A stretch of 64,000 nt of DNA from Rubripirellula sp. (GTDB lineage: Bacteria > Planctomycetota > Planctomycetia > Pirellulales > Pirellulaceae), in contig OZ244207.1 in assembly GCA_965216875.1 (NCBI GenBank), forward strand, positions 2,592,001-2,656,000, in the 5' to 3' direction. The translations under genes and the position numbers were made by a program. Within the stretch, counting starts at the first letter, position 1. Each line of letters opens with the position of its first letter. The notes under the pieces were generated by a model. The model did not search any database and was not told the DNA's origin. It saw only the letters and a list, made by a program, of their open reading frames with translations. Shown here one piece after another: positions 35,680-44,437 of the stretch.

Positions 35680-36932
35680 GCTGGCTGGAAGTACTTGATG
35701 ACGGTTGCGGCAAAGGTTTTTACACCAACGGCGAGCGCCCGTTCATCGATATCAAAGGTCGAGGTGTGCAAGGGTGCCGACCCGACTTGGTCGCCGGACA
35801 CGCCGAGTCGGAACATTGCTCCGGGCACATGCTCAAGGTAGTAAGAAAAGTCTTCGCTGCCCATGCTTGGTTCATCGATTGATTCAACTGCCGCTGGGGA
35901 AACGGCCAAAACGGCGGCCTCATCAAGAAGGTCCACCATCTGGGGATCGTTCACCACCGCCGGTGCGGAAAACGGTAACGTCATCTCGACCTTACATCCC
36001 GTTTCGCGACGAATCGACTCGCAAACGTCTTCTAGCGTTTCCAATGCAACACCTCGACTTTCGGCATCAAGCGAACGCAACGAGGCTCGAATCATTGCGG
36101 TGTCCGGGATGACGTTGGGGCTATTGCCAGCCGAGATCTGCCCCACCGAAATCACGACGGTTTCGTGCGGATTGGCTGTCCGCGAAATCCGCCGAAACGC
36201 CGATTGGACCCAATGGGTACTTGCATCAATCGGGTCGTTGGTCAAATGAGGCCGTGCACCGTGGCCACCGCGCCCGACAAAATCGACCTGCAACAAATCG
36301 GCTGCCGCACACAACACGCCCTTGCGAAGTCCAACGCACCCCACGCTTCGCGCTGGGTCGACGTGCAGAGCAAGGATCCGATCGATGTCGCGTAGCGCAT
36401 GATGATGGATCATGTGCTTGGCACCGGTGCAATGCTCTTCGGACGGTTGCAGTATGGCTCGCACCGCGATCGGCCAAGGCAATTGCCGCAGCCGGTGCAT
36501 CGTGCTTAGCAATTGCATGGCGCCGATGACAATGGTCGCATGCACATCGTGCCCACAAGCATGCATTACGCCTTCGCATTGACTCTTGTATTCGACCGTC
36601 TTGGCATCCTGGATGGGCAGCGCGTCGATATCGCCGCGAATAGCCAGCCGCTTTCCCTTTGCCGCTGCAGGGGCCGAAATCAGATCGGCGGTCACTCCGC
36701 GACCTTCACCGGCGACGTGCGTGGGCAGGTCAAGTTTGCCAAGCTCTGAGTTGAGGAACTCGGTCGTCATGTGCTCTTTGCCAGAGAGCTCGGGATTGCG
36801 ATGCAGATGGCGGCGCATCGCGATCCATTGGTCGTTCATCGCCTGGGCGTGCGATTGAATGTGTTCGATCCAGTCCAAATCGCTACGGATACGAGGTGCG
36901 TCTTCGATGGTCAAAGGAAAGGCGATACCCAA
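35676..36932 (-). CDS. M20D family amidohydrolase
   Basis: RRHLHRNPELS, RGDIDALP, MHACGHD, QPSEE, GGHGARPH and GSEDFS. Confidence 0.94.
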   Translation of the reverse strand: MGIAFPLTIEDAPRIRSDLDWIEHIQSHAQAMNDQWIAMRRHLHRNPELSGKEHMTTEFLNSELGKLDLPTHVAGEGRGVTADLISAPAAAKGKRLAIRGDIDALPIQDAKTVEYKSQCEGVMHACGHDVHATIVIGAMQLLSTMHRLRQLPWPIAVRAILQPSEEHCTGAKHMIHHHALRDIDRILALHVDPARSVGCVGLRKGVLCAAADLLQVDFVGRGGHGARPHLTNDPIDASTHWVQSAFRRISRTANPHETVVISVGQISAGNSPNVIPDTAMIRASLRSLDAESRGVALETLEDVCESIRRETGCKVEMTLPFSAPAVVNDPQMVDLLDEAAVLAVSPAAVESIDEPSMGSEDFSYYLEHVPGAMFRLGVSGDQVGSAPLHTSTFDIDERALAVGVKTFAATVIKYFQPA

Positions 36933-37030
36933 AAAGCAAGTTCAAGAAGCAATCAATCCGACGCCGCCTCATTCTAGCGCGTTTGCGAAAGCAGAGCTAC
37001 GTGGGAGCCTATAGCAGCCGCCCAAACATA

Positions 37031-37275
37031 GTCGCCTTTCGCTCCGCGAAAGTAGCGTGCCCAAGACAGTCATGGACGTCTTTCGCTCCGCGAAAGTGGC
37101 GTCAAATACTGGCCGTCCGAAAAACACTGCTTTCGCGGAGCCTGTGCTTTTTTGTTAGCCGAGTTTCGAAATCGCCGCCTTTTGCTGGGCAAACGTAGCG
37201 TTTGCCGACGCTACTTTCGCGGAGCGAAAGGCGACATTCATAACCCCCCAGCCCAGGAGCAAAAGCGACATTGAT
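37031..37275. repeat. left REP array of the RAYT locus
   Basis: TCGCCTTTCGCTCCGCGAAAGTAGCG copies at about 37031(+), 37075(+), 37125(-, split), 37174(+, degenerate), 37209(-) and 37256(-, remainder). Confidence 0.9.
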
Positions 37276-37925
37276 CAGATACCTTCGTACTCCCGCAACA
37301 AATACTCGCTGTCACGAAGCCCTGCTTTCCTACCGTTGTCTCTGATGTATTTGCGCAGGTACTCATACTGCTCTGGGCTTCGAACGAGATGGTCAAACGG
37401 CTCCTGCTGCCAGAATTTGCCAAAGTCGCCTAGAAGCAGGTTGATCTGCCGCGCAGTAAAATGGAGCCATGAATCACATTGCTCAACCAAGGCGTCTTCG
37501 CATCGAAAGCTCGCGAGCAGGTGCACATGGTTGGGCATGACCACAAAATCGCCCATCCGGTACCGGTCGCCGTCGAAGAACAAGAGAGAATCCGCAACAA
37601 GCTGCGAGAGCTTGGGCTCACGTAGCACGCAACGACCGCAGCAGGTATCAAGGAAGTCCTCGCGACAACGATTGAAATGCTGCTTGAACTTCCTCTGAAG
37701 TCGGGGTTCAAGTTTTGGAAGCACTTCGCGCCAGTTTTTGGTTGCGCCTGCATGAGCCGCAACCCACTCGTTCTTCTCTCGCTCCCACCGCTCCGAAACC
37801 TCTCGTGGAACGGAATCCGCGGTCCGGAAGGTGATAAACACCACCGCTCCAGCCTGAGACCAATGCGGTCGGAAATGCTCTGCTATCGAAAGCGGAGCTT
37901 GCGGGTCGAAAACCTCACCAAGCAT
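37275..37925 (-). mobile_element. REP-associated tyrosine transposase (RAYT, Y1 HUH family)
   Basis: RPHW, FITFRT, VVMPNHVHLL (HUH) and FWQQEPFDH.VR......YI.DN (catalytic Tyr); flanked on both sides by REPs. Confidence 0.92.
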
Positions 37926-37973
37926 TGCCTTTGCCCCAAAATCAAATCCTAAACCACCCGTTTGCAAATCATT

Positions 37974-38100
37974 ATCGCCTTTCGCTCCGCGAAAGTAGCG
38001 CGACTCAGACAGGCATCATCGCCTTTCGCTCAGCGAAAGTAGCGCCGAGCACCAGCCGTCCGAAAAACGCAACTTTCGCGGAGCGAAAGGCGACATTGAT
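37974..38100. repeat. right REP array of the RAYT locus
   Basis: copies at 37974(+), 38018(+) and 38068(-); hairpin CTTTCGC-TCC-GCGAAAG. Confidence 0.92.
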
Positions 38101-39341
38101 TAGCCCTTTCGTTTGCGTTGGGCTGCGAAGTAACGCGACAACTCGTCGAGGCTGATGCGCTGATCGCCGTCTCGGTCGGCGGACAAAACTGTCCTGGGAA
38201 GCTGCCCCGGTTTCGGCGTCGCGTGCAGCTCAAACTCTTCGATGAACTTACTCTTGTTTTCATCGTGCCGCCGCAACATCACCTTGGCCTTTTCAAAATC
38301 TTCCTCGATGTAGCCCTTTTCTCGGCGGCTGTCGGCAATGATTTTCTCGACTTCGGCAATCGTCACCACACCATCCGAGTTGCCGTCGTATTGCATGTAC
38401 TGCTTCTGCAGCGAGTCCGGAAAACTCACTTCGTCGTTTCCAATCTTGCCGTCGCCATTGAGGTCAAACTGTTGAAAGAGGCGTCGAACTTTGAACGTAT
38501 CGGGCTTCGTCAGTCCTGTATCGCGACGATGCCGTGCCAACATCGTTGCGATCTCGATCATGGCCAGGTTTCCGTTTCCATCTTCATCAAAATCTTTGGC
38601 TGGCTTGGGTAATGGGACGTTTTTTCGTTCCTCTTCGCTCAGCTGCTTATCGCCATCGGTGTCAAAGCGGTTGACGATCGCCATCGCCCCCGTTTGATCG
38701 ACAGCTTCGATCCCCATCTCACGCCTGAGGCCACGATTGAAGGCGAACTGTCGTTGCATTTCCTTTTCCGAGATGATGCCGTCGCCGTTGGCATCGTAAT
38801 CTTCGGGGTTGCTCGGCCAGCCACCACTTTCGATTTCAACGGGATCCAATTGGCGATTGCGGTTCTTGTCGTGACGCATCAAGAACTTGTTCACATTGTT
38901 AACGTCGAACGCGGTGATACCATGGTCGCCGCGCAGCTTGGCTTCTCGCAATGCAAATTCGAGGTGAGCGAGTTTGCCGTCGCGGTTGAGATCAAAGTCC
39001 TTGATTTCCTTCTTCCATCGAATTCGAACCTGTTCCTCTTTGTCGACAAGTCCATCGTCATCACGGTCATAGATGGACATCATCTGATCCGCCGTGGCGA
39101 CATCCGAACCTATCAGGACCAATGCATAGAGATCGACTTTCTCCTGTTCGGCCTGTCCCCGATGGGCTGTTGTTTGGGCAAGACCAGAGACAGATTGGAC
39201 AAGTCCCGCGGGCAACCATGCGGCAATCGCAACCGCCAAGGTCCGAGCAACTTGATTGATGCGACAGGAATAACCGGACCAAATCCGAGTCACTGTGCTG
39301 AAACGGCAATCACGCGGATTGAACAGATGCATGTCTCGCAT
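38100..39341 (-). CDS. secreted multi-EF-hand calcium-binding protein
   Basis: ten DxDxDG-type loops (e.g. DRDDDGLVDKEE, DANGDGIISEKE, DRDGDQRISLDE); start uncertain. Confidence 0.85.
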   Translation of the reverse strand: MRDMHLFNPRDCRFSTVTRIWSGYSCRINQVARTLAVAIAAWLPAGLVQSVSGLAQTTAHRGQAEQEKVDLYALVLIGSDVATADQMMSIYDRDDDGLVDKEEQVRIRWKKEIKDFDLNRDGKLAHLEFALREAKLRGDHGITAFDVNNVNKFLMRHDKNRNRQLDPVEIESGGWPSNPEDYDANGDGIISEKEMQRQFAFNRGLRREMGIEAVDQTGAMAIVNRFDTDGDKQLSEEERKNVPLPKPAKDFDEDGNGNLAMIEIATMLARHRRDTGLTKPDTFKVRRLFQQFDLNGDGKIGNDEVSFPDSLQKQYMQYDGNSDGVVTIAEVEKIIADSRREKGYIEEDFEKAKVMLRRHDENKSKFIEEFELHATPKPGQLPRTVLSADRDGDQRISLDELSRYFAAQRKRKG

Positions 39342-39550
39342 TTCGATGGCCTTGGGGCTGTGGTGAGGGACGGCTACCGAGGGCCATCATACCGCCCGCG
39401 AGCCCCCCGTTGCTGCTAGAAAAAACAGCTGACACCACCGCATTTGGGCCAGCGCGAACCAAGGCTCGTATTACTCTCTTGCGGCAAGTCGAGTACGATT
39501 CGCCCGGTGTTTGGCTGACAGCCGCGGAACCACTGACGAGGAAAGAGTTC

Positions 39551-40690
39551 TTGATCGACATTTCGGAATGGGTCGTTTGGCTGATGGTGGTGACGATCGT
39601 CCCACCGTTTGTGGTTTGCGCTCTGTCGCTCTACCCGATCCGCCGGAATGCCGCCAAACTCGGTTTGCTTGATCGCCCCGGTGGCCACAGCACGCACACC
39701 GATGTCACCCCGCTTGGTGGTGGAATCGGAATCTGGCTTGGGATCATCGCCACATTCGCCGCGGGGACATTTGCAGTGATGTATGCCCGATCGTCACCTG
39801 AGCTACAGGCTCGCTTGCCCGAGGGGGTCGTCCCCTATTTGGATGGCATTTGGTCGCGAGCGGGAAGTCTATGGGGTTTGCTTGCCGGAGGTTCGATTCT
39901 GGTAGCGCTCGGCGTGACCGATGACCGCCGTGGGGTCAATGTCGCAACAAGATTGATCGTTGAGTTTGCGGTTGCCGCCTTCGTCGTCTACGTCCTCGAC
40001 TTTCGATTGACTGCCTTCATTGGCATCGCATGGCTGACCGATCTGATGTCGGTTGTCTGGATCGTCGCCGTGATCAACTCGTTCAACATGCTCGATAACA
40101 TGGACGGCCTTAGTGGCGGTGTCGCCGCGATCATCGCTCTTTCGATGGCGATCGTGATGCTGTCGACTCCCGACCCAACGACTCGGCAACCTCAACTACT
40201 CGTCGCGGCATTGTTGCTTGTTGCGTTTGGCTCGCTGCTCGGATTCCTCTGGCACAATCGACCGCCGGCAAAAATCTTTATGGGAGACGGTGGCAGCTAC
40301 CTCGTTGGATTCTTGATTGCCGTGGCCATGTTGATGGCAACGTTCGCGAGTGGCGATGAGATGCGTGTGCATGCCGTCTTCGCGCCGCTCTGTGCGATGG
40401 CGGTACCGCTGTATGACATGAGCACGGTTTTGTGGATTCGTATTCGAGAAGGCCGCAGTCCCTTCAAAGGTGATCGCAGCCACTTCTCGCATCGCCTGGT
40501 CGACCTGGGACTGAGTCGAGTCCGCGCCGTCCTGACGATCTATTTGGTCACCGCGACGTGCGGCTTGGCAGCCATCTTGCTTACTCAAGTCTCTGTCTAC
40601 AGCGCGATCATGGTCATTGGGATCGTGCTTTGCATGCTGTTGCTCATCGTCATTTTGGAGTCGACCGGGTGGCGAAAAGACAACGAGTGA
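39551..40690 (+). CDS. MraY/WecA family polyprenyl-phosphate HexNAc-1-P transferase
   Basis: TPLGGG, GVTDD, NSFNMLDNMDGL, IFMGDGGS and DRSHFSHRL; TTG 39551 is the probable start. Confidence 0.92.
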   Translation: MIDISEWVVWLMVVTIVPPFVVCALSLYPIRRNAAKLGLLDRPGGHSTHTDVTPLGGGIGIWLGIIATFAAGTFAVMYARSSPELQARLPEGVVPYLDGIWSRAGSLWGLLAGGSILVALGVTDDRRGVNVATRLIVEFAVAAFVVYVLDFRLTAFIGIAWLTDLMSVVWIVAVINSFNMLDNMDGLSGGVAAIIALSMAIVMLSTPDPTTRQPQLLVAALLLVAFGSLLGFLWHNRPPAKIFMGDGGSYLVGFLIAVAMLMATFASGDEMRVHAVFAPLCAMAVPLYDMSTVLWIRIREGRSPFKGDRSHFSHRLVDLGLSRVRAVLTIYLVTATCGLAAILLTQVSVYSAIMVIGIVLCMLLLIVILESTGWRKDNE

Positions 40691-42972
40691 ATGAGGCTTC
40701 GTCCACCGAACCGAGCAAGCGTTCCTTTGATCCATTGCTGATCGCAACCGGTCTGCTCGGCGGCCTTTATGTCTATTTGACGTATTACCCAAGCGATTCC
40801 GTCTCCGTCGAAGACGGCGACGGGCTTTGCGGTGCGCTGGTGGCCATCGCCATGGCGACCTTCGCGATCGGCGGAACCGCCTCGAAGTTCATTGCCAACC
40901 GCGATTCGGCAGGAACCGAAACGGAGGAATCGGTTGGCACCAGTCAATCGTCGCGTTGGTTGGATTGGACCGTGTGGGCTCTCGCCGTCTGGATGATGAT
41001 CGCGGCATTCGGATCATCGCCGCCTGGGAATCTGAGGTCCGCCACCAACGAAGCGTGGATCTGGTTGGCAGGCGCGGCCGCCATCACCGGCGCTCGACGT
41101 GTGTTGTCCAAAAAGGCAACAAGGCAAACCCTGCTGCTACTGATGACCGTTTGCGGGACAGGTTTGGCCGTCCACGGCTTTCATCAAAACTACTTCAGCC
41201 TGCCAGCACAACGAGCGGAATACCGCGAAGACCCTGAACGCATCCTTGCCTTGATAGGAATCGATGCGCCACCAGGATCCGCTGAACGCATGGTGTTTGA
41301 AAACCGTCTCTACGACGGCGGTCCAACCGGCACCTTTGCACTTGCAAATTCGTTGGCCGCCATCTTGCTGACCTCGGCGATCATCGCGCTCGGCATGCTC
41401 CGCTTTCACTATGCCGCAATGGACTGGCCAACGCGTGTCGCCTGGGGGATCGCGTTCCTCTTATGCGCAGGCTGCTTGATCGCAACGCGAAGCCGAACGG
41501 CGGTCGTCGCACTCGTCTTCGCTGCAATCATCACCTTCATCGTTGGCTCTCGGCTGCGCCAAACGCAAGCCAAGGGCCTCATGATCGGACTTGCGCTGAT
41601 CGTTGCCGTTTCCATCATCGGCGTGGTGGGAATCGCAACGCTGGGGAATCCCGAATGGTTCGAGGAAGCGCCAGCTTCGCTTGCCTTTCGATTCCAGTAT
41701 TGGCGTTCAACAATGCAGATGGTTTTGGACCGTCCACTCTTCGGCGCTGGCCCTGGCAACTTCCAAGCGATCTACGACCAATACCGTGAACCGAGTGCGA
41801 ATGAACAGATCGCCGAACCACATAATTTTGTGTTCGAGACGGTTGGCAGTGGCGGCTTGATCGCGCTGTTGATCTTGCTTGCAACGATGGCCATTGCCGC
41901 TGCCAACGCGCTGTTCAGGTTCAAAGGGCATGAGGACGATGCCCAAAACTGGGACGCAAAAGAAAGCCGATGGTTGTGGCTAGGCGCCCTCCTCGCTTTC
42001 GCATTGGTCTGGCTCATTGGCCTGGCGGTCCTGATGACACCTGATCTCATTGCCAACCTGTTCGCCGTACCAACGGCCGTGTTTCTGGCAATCGTGCTTG
42101 TCCCCTCCATGCTCACGTTGCGTTCACGAGACGGCGACTGGATCGTCGCGATCTCACTGCTTGCATTGCTGCTTCACCTGACCGTATCAGGAGGATGGAC
42201 GATCCCTGGCGTCGCCATGGTTGTCTGGTTGCTCACCGCAAGCTTAACGCGAATCGAGAGGGTTGAATCGAATTCCAAAAACCTGCTTCGCATGCCCGGC
42301 CTCGCCGTGACTGTCGTGGGACTGATCCTGCTTGGAAGCCTCTACCTGGTGTCCTACAGACCGGTTCAATCGCGGGAGACGGCGGTCGCCAAAGCCTTCT
42401 ACGCCCAGAACAGCGGACAGGTCGGACAAGCCAAGGCATCCTTTGCTCAAGCAATCGAAGCAGATCCGTGGTCGCCTGAGCCGACGCTTTGGCTGGCGGA
42501 CCTGCACCGGGTCGAGCTTGTCAGCAGCTGGGATCGCCCGCAAACGAGGGCTCAGTGGGAACGACTCCTCGAGCAGACCAAAGAGCGCGGGGGCGAGTCA
42601 CCGTCGCTGTATCGCATGATCGGAGCGCAACAACTGCACATCTACCAGCGGTACGGGAAACGCAAAGATCTCGATGCTGCGACGAAAACCTTTTCGGACG
42701 CAGCCTCGTGGAGTCCCGCGAGCCAATGGCTGGCTGCCCAAATGGCTGTCATCGCCGAAGCGCAAGGGGACCTCGACCAAGCAAAGATCCAGGCCCAGAA
42801 GGCGGAAAACCTCTCGAAACTCGGCTCAAACATCGAACGTTCGCTCGACCGCCAACAGATCTACGTGCCCAAGCCACTGGGGCAATTAGCCCGCCGGGGC
42901 CCCATTCGCCGCCCCGCTTCCGAGTTGCTATCGAACCAAATCGGTGCAGGCGACGTAGACGGGGAAAAATAG
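40687..42972 (+). CDS. O-antigen ligase / oligosaccharyltransferase family protein with a TPR-like C-terminus
   Basis: GTFALANS, TRSR, R..YW, GAGPGNF and PHN motifs; multi-TM; overlaps the WecA stop. Confidence 0.85.
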   Translation: MNEASSTEPSKRSFDPLLIATGLLGGLYVYLTYYPSDSVSVEDGDGLCGALVAIAMATFAIGGTASKFIANRDSAGTETEESVGTSQSSRWLDWTVWALAVWMMIAAFGSSPPGNLRSATNEAWIWLAGAAAITGARRVLSKKATRQTLLLLMTVCGTGLAVHGFHQNYFSLPAQRAEYREDPERILALIGIDAPPGSAERMVFENRLYDGGPTGTFALANSLAAILLTSAIIALGMLRFHYAAMDWPTRVAWGIAFLLCAGCLIATRSRTAVVALVFAAIITFIVGSRLRQTQAKGLMIGLALIVAVSIIGVVGIATLGNPEWFEEAPASLAFRFQYWRSTMQMVLDRPLFGAGPGNFQAIYDQYREPSANEQIAEPHNFVFETVGSGGLIALLILLATMAIAAANALFRFKGHEDDAQNWDAKESRWLWLGALLAFALVWLIGLAVLMTPDLIANLFAVPTAVFLAIVLVPSMLTLRSRDGDWIVAISLLALLLHLTVSGGWTIPGVAMVVWLLTASLTRIERVESNSKNLLRMPGLAVTVVGLILLGSLYLVSYRPVQSRETAVAKAFYAQNSGQVGQAKASFAQAIEADPWSPEPTLWLADLHRVELVSSWDRPQTRAQWERLLEQTKERGGESPSLYRMIGAQQLHIYQRYGKRKDLDAATKTFSDAASWSPASQWLAAQMAVIAEAQGDLDQAKIQAQKAENLSKLGSNIERSLDRQQIYVPKPLGQLARRGPIRRPASELLSNQIGAGDVDGEK

Positions 42973-43107
42973 TGCCGGATTAGGTTTTTCCTCGATGACC
43001 AGGGCTTCTCCTGGATCGGGGCTTCCCCTGCCCACGACGTTGCCGCAAACTGCGCCCCAGCCCTCGTCGTCGATTCTCGGCCTGCCTTTATCGATTTGGA
43101 TTCAAAC

Positions 43108-44370
43108 GTGAACAAGTTCGTTTTGTGCATTATTGTTGCCATCGTCGCCGGCGTCGGCTCGGGATGGGGTGTGAACTACAAGCGGTACGCCCACCGGACT
43201 GGCCGATTCGGACCCTTTGAGATGGAGGGTGGAGTCGCCCCGAAGGATGCGTTGGCACAGCTCGACAAACAGGTGCCGAACAAACAGGGGCGTGTTGAGA
43301 TGCCTGGCGGTTCGGATCACGACTTCGGCACGATGACGCCCAACGAAAAGGGCGAGCACATCTTCCTTGTCAAGAACGTCGGCGACGGCGATCTGAATCT
43401 CCGCATCGGTGCTTCAACCTGCAAGTGCACCTTGGGCTCACTCAAACGCGACGTCTTGGCCCCGGGCGAAGAAGCCGAAGTCAAACTTGAATGGGAGATC
43501 AAGACGCACGAGGCCGAGTTCAAACAATCAGCCCAGCTTCTGACGAATGACCCCAACCAGGTCGCAATCAACCTAAACATCCACGGCACGGTGGTTCGAG
43601 ACGTTGCCCGAGTTCCCAATGAATGGTCGTTCGGCGAGGTTGCCGCCGGCGATCCCATCGAACTCAACGGACGTTTCTACAACTACATGGAGGAGCGGAT
43701 CGTCGCGAGAACACCGACGTTCAACGACGAAGAGATCGACGCACTTTGCGATTTCGAGGTGACCGAATACACCCCCAGCGAAGCCAAAGACGGCGCCTAC
43801 GGAAACGCCAAGCAAGCTTTCGAAGTCAAGGTCGTTATCAAAGGTGGCCTGCGACAAGGCGCACTCTCTCGCAACTTTGGATTCACCTTCGAGAAAGTCG
43901 ACGACGAAGGCAACGTGATCGCTCCCGAGGAAGGAAAAGGGGACAGCGAGTATTACGTGTTGACCAAAACAACCGGTCGCATCATTGGAAAACTCGGCCT
44001 GCTTCCCAGTTCCCGTGTTCAAGGGTCAACCGGAGGCGGTTTCGTCTTCGACTTTGGCAAACGTGCCGCAGACGGCGACCTGACGGAAAAAACCTTTGTT
44101 GTGCTCAAAGGCGAGGAACGCGAGAATACCAACCTTCGAATCGGGACCATCGAACCAGAAGGCGTCATCAAAGCCACCCTCGGCGAGCCCAAGGGTCGCG
44201 GTTCGATGACCCTGTTCCCGCTCGAAATCGAGCTCAAACCTGGTGAAAAGAAAATTGCCCGGATGGGCAAAAACGCCGACGACTACGGCAATATTTGGAT
44301 CGAATCGGACAACCCCAAAGTCACCAAGATGCGCATCGCGGTGAAGTTCGAAGTCGGACCTCGTGAATAG
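43108..44370 (+). CDS. DUF1573 Ig-like domain protein
   Basis: N-terminal anchor, HDFGTM, F.VKNVG..DL, STCKCT and TNDP. Confidence 0.85.
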   Translation: MNKFVLCIIVAIVAGVGSGWGVNYKRYAHRTGRFGPFEMEGGVAPKDALAQLDKQVPNKQGRVEMPGGSDHDFGTMTPNEKGEHIFLVKNVGDGDLNLRIGASTCKCTLGSLKRDVLAPGEEAEVKLEWEIKTHEAEFKQSAQLLTNDPNQVAINLNIHGTVVRDVARVPNEWSFGEVAAGDPIELNGRFYNYMEERIVARTPTFNDEEIDALCDFEVTEYTPSEAKDGAYGNAKQAFEVKVVIKGGLRQGALSRNFGFTFEKVDDEGNVIAPEEGKGDSEYYVLTKTTGRIIGKLGLLPSSRVQGSTGGGFVFDFGKRAADGDLTEKTFVVLKGEERENTNLRIGTIEPEGVIKATLGEPKGRGSMTLFPLEIELKPGEKKIARMGKNADDYGNIWIESDNPKVTKMRIAVKFEVGPRE

Positions 44371-44437
44371 ATTTCTGCCATCAAGCAACTCGGACAATGG
44401 ACACCGACTTGTCGATGGCAACACAAAGGACAGATCC

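Noticed and set aside
37031..38100. CRISPR array or IS200/IS605 element
   Set aside because: Repeats occur in both orientations with short irregular spacers and there is no tnpB; the layout fits a RAYT with REPs.
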